Assembly (NCBI GenBank): GCA_035308825.1
Contig: DATGFX010000086.1
Location: forward strand, 20,283 to 84,282
Length of the DNA: 64,000 bases
Source of the DNA: Terracidiphilus sp.
Lineage (GTDB): Bacteria > Acidobacteriota > Terriglobia > Terriglobales > Acidobacteriaceae
Direction: 5' to 3'
In this document: one piece after another, positions 1 to 8,871 of the stretch
How positions within the stretch are numbered: position 1 is the stretch's first letter
Layout of the letters: the number at the start of each line of letters is the position of its first letter
Position numbers and translations under genes: made by a program
The notes under the pieces: model-generated
Database searches by the model: none
The model's input: only the letters and a program-made list of their open reading frames with translations
Told to the model about the DNA's origin: nothing

Positions 1-467
1 AATTGACCGTCCGTAACCACCTGTTGATCGACCCAGTTTGCGCCTGCATTCTTCAGATCAGTTTTCAGCGATGGCCACGAAGTCACTTTTTTGCCATGGA
101 GCACGCCTGCTTCGACGAGGGTCCACGGGCCGTGACAGATTGCGGCCACCGGCTTGCCTGAAGAAACAAATTGCCGGACAAAATTGACAGCCTTTGGCTC
201 CATGCGAAGATGGTCCGGATTCATGACGCCGCCTGGCAACACGAGCGCGTCATACTCATTCGGGTTCGCATTGTCCACCGTTTTATCCACCTTGATGGAT
301 TCGCCCCATTCCTTGACCTTCCATCCTTTGATCTGGCCATCTTTCGGTGCGATCACCTCTGTCTTCGCGCCTTCCTGCTCGAGTGCCTTGCGCGGCTCCG
401 TCAATTCCACCTGCTCAAATCCGTCCGTTGCGAGAATGGCGATCTTTTTTCCTTTCAATGAATTCAT
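1..467 (-). CDS. DJ-1/PfpI (YhbO-like) type 1 glutamine amidotransferase-like protein, 3' end runs off the window
   Basis: Not in the ORF track (no stop inside window). Manual translation from ATG 467 after AAGGAGG: MNSLKGKKIAILATDGFEQVELTEP...YDALVLPGGVMNPDHLR...VAAICHGPWTLVEAG; ICHG nucleophile elbow and LPGG motif are PfpI hallmarks. Confidence 0.9.
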   Translation of the reverse strand, partial: MNSLKGKKIAILATDGFEQVELTEPRKALEQEGAKTEVIAPKDGQIKGWKVKEWGESIKVDKTVDNANPNEYDALVLPGGVMNPDHLRMEPKAVNFVRQFVSSGKPVAAICHGPWTLVEAGVLHGKKVTSWPSLKTDLKNAGANWVDQQVVTDGQ

Positions 468-980
468 TGAGAACCCTCCTTGATTTTTCTCCCACTGGGA
501 TGCGAGGACGGAAGCGTGGGATTGCTCTCGTCCTCAATCGACGATGGCTTCATCATGAATGAGACCACCGATCTAATGTGCGAGTGAAAGTGAAACAAGG
601 GCTGCCGCCACAGGGACGGTAGCAGGTCTCCGGGAAAGTGTTCGGTGAAAGCGATCGACTATCGGTCGGTTGTCGGGGTTGAACGCCTGAGCTGAACGGA
701 AACGCGTCTATAGCGGTTCTGCAGCTCGTGGCCCTTTAGTTAAAGTTTGGCTCGTCTTCATCGGCCAGCAAAACGTGATTGCGCATTCTTCATCCGGTCC
801 AGCATAACTCGCATTGGGAAGCCCAGGCGAATCGCTGTGGAAGAGTCCAGATTCAATCTTTCAGTGAGTTATGGAGGCGTCTGATTCGTGTCACTCAACT
901 TAGGTCGCGCATTATTTACTTTCATGATTTGAAAAAGCGGTGCAAGCTCACTATGCGGATCTTGAGCCCGCCGATCAGAA

Positions 981-1003
981 CCGTGGGTCAAAGTGACCCA
1001 CGG
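981..1003 (-). terminator. Hairpin after the ECF operon (likely terminator)
   Basis: Perfect 10-bp inverted repeat CCGTGGGTCA-aag-TGACCCACGG 25 nt past the stop of 1029..1598; only a short U-run follows. Confidence 0.55.
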
Positions 1004-1028
1004 CCCGAAGGAGACGAAGTCGTATGCT

Positions 1029-1598
1029 TTACGAGAGCGGAGTCGCGGTGACTAGGACTTGCATGCTGCCCTTGCTGTCGAGCGCGTCGGACGTGAAGAT
1101 CACTGTCGCTTTTCCGATAGGAACCAGCACGACCGACTGCCAGCGGTTCTGACGGATGACGGGCTCATTGAGTTGCGCATTGCCGGAAGGCGCAATGCTG
1201 CTGACGTCGGCCATTACTTCGAGGGCAAGGCCACGGCCTGCTTCGTGGGCGTGATTCACATCGATGTTGACGCCGACGTCTTCATATTGGAATTGCGTGT
1301 TCACAAGCGAAGACTTTGTATCGGTGAACGACGCGGTCGTGATTGGAACTTTGGAATTGGTCCGTATCTCGCTAAGTCGGGTCGCCTCCGTGCTGACGGT
1401 CGTGGTGTAGGTTCGGCTGTTCGACGGTTTTCCGTCGGAGCCAAGTTCCTGCACCACAAAGTCGAGATGGTAATAGTGCGCGGGCATCTCGGACGTTTTG
1501 GCCGTTTCGGTCGACTTCGCTTGGTCCTGCGCAATGGCCCGATGTCCGATGCTTGCTGAGAACAGCAGAAGAAAACAACCGATGGTGATCTTTCGCAT
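1029..1598 (-). CDS. Secreted protein with a secretin-C-terminal-like beta-sheet segment
   Basis: Sec signal (MRKITIGCFLLLFSASIGHRAIAQ); QFQYEDVGVNIDV and EPVIRQNRWQ resemble the 'Y+DVG..L.V...P.I..R' stretch of secretin domains; last gene of the ECF operon. Confidence 0.6.
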   Translation of the reverse strand: MRKITIGCFLLLFSASIGHRAIAQDQAKSTETAKTSEMPAHYYHLDFVVQELGSDGKPSNSRTYTTTVSTEATRLSEIRTNSKVPITTASFTDTKSSLVNTQFQYEDVGVNIDVNHAHEAGRGLALEVMADVSSIAPSGNAQLNEPVIRQNRWQSVVLVPIGKATVIFTSDALDSKGSMQVLVTATPLS

Positions 1599-1606
1599 GG
1601 CTTCTC

Positions 1607-2194
1607 CTAATTCTTGCCCTCGTCGGGCGTTGCGAGTGGTGGAATCTTGATGGATGCGATGACGAGTGGCGCATCTCGATTCTGTTGCGCATCCAAGGCC
1701 GCTTTGCGATCCGGCTCTGGCGCCTGCGTTGCGAATGAAAGCAATGCCTGCTCTTCTGCCGAAAGCGGTTGCGGGGTCGGAAAGACGTCAAGTTTGGGAA
1801 GAGAGGGATGAGTTGCCGATCTTCGATCGCTGGACCACGGCGCTGACGCGATCCTGTTCATCGATCCCGACCGCACGTGTTGGCGTAACGCCGGAAACCT
1901 TTTCTCGGAAGGCGGTGGTGACACGCGCTGCACGTTTCGAGCAATTGTTGAACCAGAGCCCCCACCCTTATTCGGCGCGCTTTCTCCTCGCCAGCGCGGC
2001 ATCAGGATCAGAAGCAACATGCAGGCGGCGAGCGGCAATGTGAAGGCCACTGCCCACATCAACCGTCGAGCTGCCCGTTGGGGGGCCACCTCGGCGACAT
2101 GTGCCAAAACCCTTTCTTCGAGTCCATCCTCTGCGCCGGCGTACGAGGCGAGCGCCGAGTCAATCAACCGGTCAAGCTCATCCTTCTCATGCAT
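1607..2194 (-). CDS. Putative single-pass anti-sigma factor
   Basis: Overlaps the stop of the ECF sigma gene; short cytoplasmic helical N-terminus (DELDRLIDSALASY), one TM (LMWAVAFTLPLAACMLLLILM), Pro-rich extracytoplasmic tail. Confidence 0.6.
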   Translation of the reverse strand: MHEKDELDRLIDSALASYAGAEDGLEERVLAHVAEVAPQRAARRLMWAVAFTLPLAACMLLLILMPRWRGESAPNKGGGSGSTIARNVQRVSPPPSEKRFPALRQHVRSGSMNRIASAPWSSDRRSATHPSLPKLDVFPTPQPLSAEEQALLSFATQAPEPDRKAALDAQQNRDAPLVIASIKIPPLATPDEGKN

Positions 2195-2729
2195 AGCGGG
2201 ACTCCCTCAATGCAGCGAGTTTTTGCTTCAGCATCTGGCGAGCGCGCTGTAATCGCGTGCGCACCGTGCCCTCCGGGATTCCAAGCGTTGCGCCGATATC
2301 GTGTGAAGTGAGTTCGTCGAAAGCCGAGAGAACCAGCGGAACGCGGAGTTCCTCCGGCAGAGCATCAATCATTGCGTGCACGAAGGCCTTCTGATTTGCC
2401 GTGGCGAGCTGTTGTTCGGGACCGGGATTCGGTGAGCGCAGCTCCGAACCGAGGTTGGTTTCCGATTCGTCGAGCGGCAGAGTCGCCGAATGTGCTCGGG
2501 GCCGCAGATCGATCGCCACGCGCCAGGTGACACGGGCCAGGAATGCCCGCTCGCTCTCTGCCTGCCGCCATCCGCGATTGCGATAAAGCTTCAAAAAGGT
2601 CTCCTGCACCGCGTCTTCCGCATCATGCGAATTCAGCAAAACCGCGTACGCGACCCGAAACACGAATCGCGATTGACGCGCGACGAGCGCCGTGAACTCC
2701 GCGTCTGGATCGATGGTCAAAACGCGCAC
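2187..2729 (-). CDS. ECF (sigma-70 group 4) RNA polymerase sigma factor
   Basis: Region 2 DAEDAVQETFLKL...FLARVTWRVAID; region 4 IDALPEELRVPLVL...IGATLGIPEGTVRTRLQRAR. Confidence 0.93.
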   Translation of the reverse strand: MRVLTIDPDAEFTALVARQSRFVFRVAYAVLLNSHDAEDAVQETFLKLYRNRGWRQAESERAFLARVTWRVAIDLRPRAHSATLPLDESETNLGSELRSPNPGPEQQLATANQKAFVHAMIDALPEELRVPLVLSAFDELTSHDIGATLGIPEGTVRTRLQRARQMLKQKLAALRESRYA

Positions 2730-2791
2730 GCTCCATGTTGCGGCAACCGGACAGACTACATCAGGGCGAGGTCGGCGTCGTACATTCGCTA

Positions 2792-2818
2792 AGACGGGAA
2801 CTCGACGTACACTGTTCA
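2792..2818 (-). promoter_or_regulatory. Candidate autoregulatory ECF promoter TGAAC-N17-CGTCT
   Basis: Minus strand reads TGAAC agtgtacgtcgagttcc CGTCT about 60 nt upstream of the sigma gene, downstream of the infB terminator; matches the generic ECF AAC...CGT layout. Confidence 0.45.
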
Positions 2819-2846
2819 GATTTTTTTCGAGGGGCAGAAAAGAAGG

Positions 2847-2874
2847 GGCCCGCTGAGCGTTCGATCAGCGGGCC
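2847..2874 (-). terminator. Rho-independent terminator after infB
   Basis: 10-bp stem GGCCCGCTGA/TCAGCGGGCC, 8-nt loop, followed on the minus strand by CCTTCTTTTCT. Confidence 0.75.
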
Positions 2875-2899
2875 AATCATGCGTCGAAATTGACGTGAC

Positions 2900-5800
2900 T
2901 TATGCTTTGGCCGAGGTCAGCGCTCCGAGGTCAGCGGCCATCTTCTCGGTCGAGAATGCCTCGAGAACGTCGCCTTCCTTGATGTCGCCGAAGTTGGCGA
3001 TGCCTATGCCGCATTCCATGCCGTTGGTGACTTCACGCGCATCGTCCTTGAAGCGCTTCAGCGAGGCGATTTTGCCTTTGAAGATCTGTTCGCCGTCGCG
3101 GATTACCTTGACTTCCGAATCGCGGCGGATGACGCCGTCCTGCACACGGCAGCCGGCGATGGTGCCCACCTTCGGAATTTTGAAGATGTTGAGCACCTCG
3201 GCGCGGCCGACGTAGTTCTCCTTGAACGTCGGTTCGAGGAGTCCCATCATGGCGAGGCGCATCTCGTCCTGAAGCTCGTAGATGATCGAGTGCAGGCGAA
3301 TATCCACGCCTTCCTGCTGGGCGAGATCGGCGGCCTTGCGCTCCGGACGGACGTTGAAGCCGATGACGATGGCGTTCGACGCGGCCGCGAGCAACACGTC
3401 GCTCTCGGTGATTGAGCCCACGCCTGAGCGGATGACCTTGATGCGTACCTTCTCTGTCGACATCCGCACCAGCGAATCGGCCAGCACTTCAACCGAGCCG
3501 GTGACGTCGCCCTTGAGAATGATGGCAAGGTCCTTCACGCCTGCCTGGCGAATCTGCTCGCTGAGGCCTTCGAGAGTGACGCGCGAGCTCTTGGCGAGCT
3601 GGGCTTCGCGCTCCTTCATCTTCCGATACTGCGCGATGCCCTTGGCCTTGTCGCGATCGGCGACCACAAGGAATGTGTCTCCCGCGTCCGGCATGGATTC
3701 GAGGCCGAGCACTTCGACGGGAGTGGACGGCCCTGCTTCTTCGAGCGGACGTCCGCGATCGTCGAACATGGCACGGACTTTGCCGAAGGTATTGCCCACG
3801 ATATAGCTCTCGTTGATGCGCAGGGTGCCGTCCTGCACGAGAACGGTGGCCACGGCGCCGCGTCCGCGATCAAGCTTAGCCTCCAGCACCGAGCCGACCG
3901 CCTTGCGTCCTGGCGTCGCCTTGGGAGCCTTGATGTCCGATACGAGGCAGATCATTTCGAGCAGCAGGTCGAGATTGAGCCGCTTCTTTGCCGACACTTC
4001 GACAAAAACGGTCGAGCCTTCGCCGCCGCCTGCCCATTCTTCCGGGATCAAGCCGCGATCGGCGAGCTGCTTTTTCACGCGATCCGGATTGGCTTCGGGC
4101 TTGTCGATCTTGTTGACGGCCACGATAATCGGTACTTCTGCCGCTTTGGCATGGTCGATCGCTTCGAGAGTCTGGGGCATGACGCCGTCGTCGGCGGCCA
4201 CCACGATGACGACGATGTCGGTCACCTTGGCGCCGCGGGCACGCATGCGCGTGAAGGCTTCGTGGCCCGGTGTATCGAGGAATACAATCTCGCGGCCTGA
4301 TGCCGGCGAGCCTTCCTTGGTGAAGCGCACTTTGTAGGCGCCGATGTGCTGCGTGATTCCGCCAGCTTCGCCGGCTGCCACATCGGTTTCGCGAATCGCG
4401 TCGAGCAGCGAGGTTTTTCCGTGATCGACGTGTCCCATGACGGTGACAACAGGGGCCCGAGGCACTTCGACCATATCGACTTTTTCGGTGTCGAGTACCT
4501 CTTCGATGGCTTCGTTCTCCAGCTCTTCTTCGTAGCTGATCACGTTGGCGGCAGCGCCGAACTTGGCTGCCACGTCCTTCACCATCTCTGCATCCAGCGA
4601 CTGGTTGACCGTGACGAACACGCCACGCATCAGGAGGGTTGCGATCAGATCCTTGGCGCGGATGTCGAGCTTCTCGGCCAGATCCTTCACGCTGATGCCT
4701 TCGGTTACGGTGATCTCGCGGGTGATCGGCAAAGGCTCATTGCTGAATTGCGCGGTGCCGCTGAGGCGCGGAGGCGGCACAAAGCCCTTCATCGGGCCTT
4801 CCTTGGTCTTCGGATACTGCTGGCGGCCGCTGCGTCCCTTTGCTGAAGAAGCGCGCTGGGCGCGCGGCGCCTCGCCTGGAGGCGGAACAGCGCCCGATCC
4901 CGGGCGTGCTCCACCGAATCCGCCTGGGCGGGGTCCACCGAAACCAGGCCGAGCACCGAATCCGGGACGACCGCCGGGACCTTGCGGAGCACCGGGGCCG
5001 CCAAATCCGCCTGCTGTGGAGCGGGTCGGGTGCTTGGGGCGGGGTCCGGTGGGGAACTGACCCGGCGCGCCGGGCGTCCGCTGCGGAAATCCCGAACCAG
5101 CGGGACGCCGATCGAAAATGGGCTTGCCGCGCTGGATTCCTCCTGCGGGCTGCGCGGGGGCGGCACTCGCGCTCGGTGCGACTACGGGAGCCTTGTAGAC
5201 CGGGCGCGGACCGGTTTGAGGCATGACCACACGACGGATCGGGGCCGGAGCCTGCTCGCGAGGCCGTTCTGTCACCTGGGACGGACTGCTTGCCGCCGGC
5301 TGCGGAGCAGCATTGCCGTCGATCGCGGGAGGGGCCTTGCGCAACTCCTCAACTGCGTGCGCGACCGCTGCGGCTGCTGGCTGCACCTCTGCAGGAGGCG
5401 GTTCGGGCACTGGGACAGGCTGGGCAGGCGGCTCGGCAACAACCGGTGCCGCTACGGCCTGCTTGTGAGGCGCGGCCTGGACTTCAGGAGGCGGAATCTC
5501 GCGCGGAGGTTGCGCGACAGGAGGCTTTACGACGACCGCCCCCGACGGAGGCACCACGGCGACCGCCGGGCGCGCGGCCACGGCACCGGCCGGCGCTTTG
5601 GCTACCACTGGACCAGCGGGTGGACGGGAGGCGATCGCAGGCGCAGCTGGAGGCACGATTGCAGGCGCGGGGCGAGGCTGCGGAACGATCTTCCGCGGTT
5701 CCGGCTGGGCCGGTGGCGTTGCAACCGTCCTGGCCGGAGCGGCAACGACAGGCTTCGCGGGCGCGGCTGTGGCTGCCGGTCTTACCGGAGCCTTGGGCGC

Positions 5801-6145
5801 CGGGGGCGCGGCTGGGCGCGCTGGCGCATGGCTTCGGCGCGCCTCCTCCTCCTCCTCGTGCTTCTTGGCCAAAATGGCCTTCATCACGTCGCCAACCTTG
5901 GAGACGTGAGACAAATCAATTTTCGGCTGAATTCCCTGGGGCCCTTTCGAAGACGCAGCAGTACCGTGGGCTCCCGCATGCAAACCCTGCTGGAAATGTG
6001 CGCGGACCTTGTCGGCTTCGTGCTCGTCAATCGAACTGGAGTGGGTCTTGCCCTCTCCCAGGCCGAGCTCCGCCAGCACGTCAAGGATCTGACGGCTCTT
6101 GACTTCCATCTCTCGCGCGAGATCGTTGATTCGAACCTTACTCAT
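2900..6145 (-). CDS. infB: Translation initiation factor IF-2
   Basis: IF2_N (KVRINDLAREME), long Pro/Ala-rich linker, GTPase motifs GHVDHGKT, DTPGHEAF, NKID, C-terminal LKRFKDDAREVTNGMECGI. Confidence 0.99.
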   Translation of the reverse strand: MSKVRINDLAREMEVKSRQILDVLAELGLGEGKTHSSSIDEHEADKVRAHFQQGLHAGAHGTAASSKGPQGIQPKIDLSHVSKVGDVMKAILAKKHEEEEEARRSHAPARPAAPPAPKAPVRPAATAAPAKPVVAAPARTVATPPAQPEPRKIVPQPRPAPAIVPPAAPAIASRPPAGPVVAKAPAGAVAARPAVAVVPPSGAVVVKPPVAQPPREIPPPEVQAAPHKQAVAAPVVAEPPAQPVPVPEPPPAEVQPAAAAVAHAVEELRKAPPAIDGNAAPQPAASSPSQVTERPREQAPAPIRRVVMPQTGPRPVYKAPVVAPSASAAPAQPAGGIQRGKPIFDRRPAGSGFPQRTPGAPGQFPTGPRPKHPTRSTAGGFGGPGAPQGPGGRPGFGARPGFGGPRPGGFGGARPGSGAVPPPGEAPRAQRASSAKGRSGRQQYPKTKEGPMKGFVPPPRLSGTAQFSNEPLPITREITVTEGISVKDLAEKLDIRAKDLIATLLMRGVFVTVNQSLDAEMVKDVAAKFGAAANVISYEEELENEAIEEVLDTEKVDMVEVPRAPVVTVMGHVDHGKTSLLDAIRETDVAAGEAGGITQHIGAYKVRFTKEGSPASGREIVFLDTPGHEAFTRMRARGAKVTDIVVIVVAADDGVMPQTLEAIDHAKAAEVPIIVAVNKIDKPEANPDRVKKQLADRGLIPEEWAGGGEGSTVFVEVSAKKRLNLDLLLEMICLVSDIKAPKATPGRKAVGSVLEAKLDRGRGAVATVLVQDGTLRINESYIVGNTFGKVRAMFDDRGRPLEEAGPSTPVEVLGLESMPDAGDTFLVVADRDKAKGIAQYRKMKEREAQLAKSSRVTLEGLSEQIRQAGVKDLAIILKGDVTGSVEVLADSLVRMSTEKVRIKVIRSGVGSITESDVLLAAASNAIVIGFNVRPERKAADLAQQEGVDIRLHSIIYELQDEMRLAMMGLLEPTFKENYVGRAEVLNIFKIPKVGTIAGCRVQDGVIRRDSEVKVIRDGEQIFKGKIASLKRFKDDAREVTNGMECGIGIANFGDIKEGDVLEAFSTEKMAADLGALTSAKA

Positions 6146-6257
6146 CCGCCTCTTTTCGAAATGTTCCCAAAGCCCTTAGTCGCTCATAGCTACCTCAGTG
6201 CATTGGCTTGTAGACCTTCCATTATCGCTTGAATCGGCCTGAATCGCGACGCGCATC

Positions 6258-7931
6258 TTACGCGCCGCTCTCTTCATCCGATTCGTCCTGTTCCGTAACG
6301 CCGATCTCGTTCTCTTCTGCTTTCAACTCGGGGATTTCCACTTCATCCGCCGGCGGAACGTTCTCCACGGCCAGTTCAGCGGCGGTCTCGTTCTGCTCCT
6401 CGGCGGTTTCTTCGGCGAGCGATTCCGTGTTGCTGCCGGCAGCCGCGAGCTCGTCGTTTTCCGCTCCGGCCGCGCGCACGCTCTCCGCCTCCTCGAGTAC
6501 TTCCTGCGCGTTTTCTGTTTCAGCTTCTCCCGTCGCGGCAACCGCGTCCGCCGTCGGTATCTCAGACTCGCCTTCGGAGATCTTTTCGGTGTCGGCCGCT
6601 GCCGATTCCGACGCGGATCCTTCCGATGCTTCCTGGGAAAGCTCGCCTTCACCCTCTTCGAAGTGCCCGAAGTAGTGGCGCACGGCAACGCTGATGCGTT
6701 CCAGCGTCTTTTCGCCGATGCCTGGAATTTCTTCGAGCTGTTCGGGGGTCATGTCTGCCAGAGCCTCAACGGTGGTGATGCCACCCGCCACCAGCTTCTG
6801 GATGATTGCCTCGCCGAGCTCTGTGACCTGTTCGATCGGCGTCGTCGGGCCGCCAGAAAGCGCCTGCATCTGCTGCTCAACTTCCTGGCGCTTCTCTTCT
6901 TCGCTCTTGATGTCGATCTTCCAGCCGAGGAGCTTCGCGGCGAGACGCACGTTCTGGCCCTTTTTGCCGATCGCCAGCGAGAGTTGCGTGTCATCGACGA
7001 TCACTTCGAGCTGCTTCTCAGTCAGGTCAGCAATCGAAACGCGACTTACCTTGGCAGGTTGCAGCGCCTTTTCGGCAAAGGTCGTGATCTCCTCGCTGAA
7101 CTCGATGATGTCAATCTTCTCGCCGCGCAACTCGCGAATGATCGACTGCACGCGCATGCCCTTCATGCCCACGCAGGCGCCCACCGGATCCACATCCTTG
7201 TCACGGCTTTGCACGGCAATCTTGGTGCGTTCTCCGGCTTCGCGCGCAATAGCGCGAATCACTACGGTGTTGTCGTAGATCTCCGGAACCTCGGACTGGA
7301 ACAGGTTTTGGACCAGTTCCGGCGCAGCGCGCGAAACGATCACCTGCGGACCCTTGGCCGCGCGGTCCACCTTCAAGAGAACCACGCGAGCGCGTTCTCC
7401 CACCGTGAATTGCTCCAGCCGCGACTGCTCACGCTTGGGGCAGCGTGCTTCGGCTTTGCCGAGGTCGAAGATGATGTCCTGTCCTTCGATCCGCTTGACG
7501 GTGGCGTTGAGGACTTCCTTCTCGCGATGGGCATACTCGTTGAAAACCGTGTCGCGTTCGGCCTCGCGCACCTTCTGGAAGATGACCTGCTTGGCGAGCT
7601 GTGCCGCGATTCGTCCCAGGGGGCTGGTATCGCGGTACATGCGGATCTCGCTGCCGATCTCGACGCCGGGCGCGAGCTCGTTGGCTTCGGACAGCGTAAT
7701 CTGGTTGACCGGATCCTCGATTTCGTCTTCGCCGGCGACTACGGTCTTATAGATGTAGGCCGTGATCTCGCCCGTTTCCTTATTGAGTTCCCCACGCATA
7801 TTCTCCTGCGTTTTGTAATACTTGCGGGTAGCCAATGCGATGGCTTCTTCCACGGCGCCGACCACGATTTCGGGCTCAATACCCTTCTCGCGACTCAGGA
7901 GTTCAATGCTTTGATACAGCATGCTGCCCAT
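6258..7931 (-). CDS. nusA: Transcription termination/antitermination factor NusA with long acidic tail
   Basis: Start moved to ATG 7931 (MGSMLYQSIELLSREKG); S1 and KH domains (AREAGERTKIAV, GACVGMKGMRVQ, LAIGKKGQNVRLA); upstream of infB. Confidence 0.98.
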   Translation of the reverse strand: MGSMLYQSIELLSREKGIEPEIVVGAVEEAIALATRKYYKTQENMRGELNKETGEITAYIYKTVVAGEDEIEDPVNQITLSEANELAPGVEIGSEIRMYRDTSPLGRIAAQLAKQVIFQKVREAERDTVFNEYAHREKEVLNATVKRIEGQDIIFDLGKAEARCPKREQSRLEQFTVGERARVVLLKVDRAAKGPQVIVSRAAPELVQNLFQSEVPEIYDNTVVIRAIAREAGERTKIAVQSRDKDVDPVGACVGMKGMRVQSIIRELRGEKIDIIEFSEEITTFAEKALQPAKVSRVSIADLTEKQLEVIVDDTQLSLAIGKKGQNVRLAAKLLGWKIDIKSEEEKRQEVEQQMQALSGGPTTPIEQVTELGEAIIQKLVAGGITTVEALADMTPEQLEEIPGIGEKTLERISVAVRHYFGHFEEGEGELSQEASEGSASESAAADTEKISEGESEIPTADAVAATGEAETENAQEVLEEAESVRAAGAENDELAAAGSNTESLAEETAEEQNETAAELAVENVPPADEVEIPELKAEENEIGVTEQDESDEESGA

Positions 7932-8035
7932 GTTCTGCTTACTCTCTCTACGGTTAAGCGACGTGCCGCTATGGCTTCGTCGACAGGTTAGACTCGGTGA
8001 GGGCTGGCGGCGTCGGGCTAGCCCACCGGGAGGTT

Positions 8036-8620
8036 CTAGAGCTCGGGAATCAGCTGCGCCTTCTCGATATTCCCGATTGCAATCTCGACCGTTTTGACGC
8101 CGGTTTTCCGGCTCTTGCTGTTTTGCTTGAGGGCCGAAAGATCCAGCCTGACGATCTGGCCATCCCCCGGAGCCAGCCGCCCCTGCCAATGGCGATTGTT
8201 CCGAATAGGTTCAAAAGTCTGCACCTTCACCAAACACCCTGCAAATCGCTGAAAATCCTTGGGTTGTGTCAATTTCCGATCCAGGCCCGGCGAGCTCGCT
8301 TCGAGCGTATATTCGCCTCCGGGGACCAGATCTTCAACGTCCAGCAGAACCCCAAAGTCGCGGCTGAATGCAGCACAATCTTCATGTGTGATGCCGGAAA
8401 GCTGCTCCATGCTCAGCTTGCCCTCCGCCAGCCTTTTCGGTACCTCCGCGGCTGCCCGCTGATCCTTCAATCTCTGCCGCTCTTCGGCGTTCTTCTCCAA
8501 GAAAACCCTGAGGATTCGCTCCTTTGTCGAGCCGGTAAGGTCAATATCTACAACATCCAGACCATATGAAGCAGCGACGCGAACCGCCGCAGTCCGGATT
8601 TCGTCCAGCCTCGCTATCAT
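8036..8620 (-). CDS. rimP: Ribosome maturation factor RimP
   Basis: Start moved to ATG 8620; ITHEDCAAFSR...LDVED, YTLEASSPGLDRKL, FQRFAG motifs; first gene of rimP-nusA-infB. Confidence 0.95.
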   Translation of the reverse strand: MIARLDEIRTAAVRVAASYGLDVVDIDLTGSTKERILRVFLEKNAEERQRLKDQRAAAEVPKRLAEGKLSMEQLSGITHEDCAAFSRDFGVLLDVEDLVPGGEYTLEASSPGLDRKLTQPKDFQRFAGCLVKVQTFEPIRNNRHWQGRLAPGDGQIVRLDLSALKQNSKSRKTGVKTVEIAIGNIEKAQLIPEL

Positions 8621-8650
8621 CAATTCTGCCGCCCTGAATTTGCCCCAAAT

Positions 8651-8674
8651 AAAAAGTGGGCCTTGAGCCCACTC
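8651..8674 (-). promoter_or_regulatory. rimP leader hairpin (attenuator/terminator-like)
   Basis: GAGTGGGC-TCAAG-GCCCACT-TTTTATTT about 30 nt before the rimP start, the typical hairpin seen ahead of rimP-nusA operons. Confidence 0.7.
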
Positions 8675-8871
8675 ATCTCTCCGCCAGCCGGCGTACCCAC
8701 GGCGAATGCAGCGGACAAACTCGTTCGCATCTCTAGAATACGGCTGATTCCTCGGAAATTCAATGGGAGCGCCATTTTCTGCCTTGTTTTCGCGATTGAA
8801 AACGTCTTCATATGGCCCGAAAGTGCTCTTGTAGGAGATGACTTTAGAGGCGAGCATGGAAGAAGTCACCT

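Noticed and set aside
468-1028. 560-bp spacer upstream of the PfpI gene, with short ORFs in the track
   Set aside because: No tRNA or recognisable ncRNA signature; ORFs lack SD and motifs. A GCAAT-N17-GCATCC ECF-like promoter on the minus strand is possible but too weak to call.
4982-6232. 416-aa and other long plus-strand ORFs opposite infB (likewise opposite nusA, pepP, mrdA, ALDH, thrC, ADOPs)
   Set aside because: Antisense shadow ORFs expected from GC-rich codon bias; no motifs.
7932-8189. N-terminal extensions of nusA, rimP, rne, pyrG, thrC, ntrY, AKR, DnaJ and others in the ORF track
   Set aside because: Longest-ORF artefacts; downstream starts match family N-termini and have SD or -10 support.
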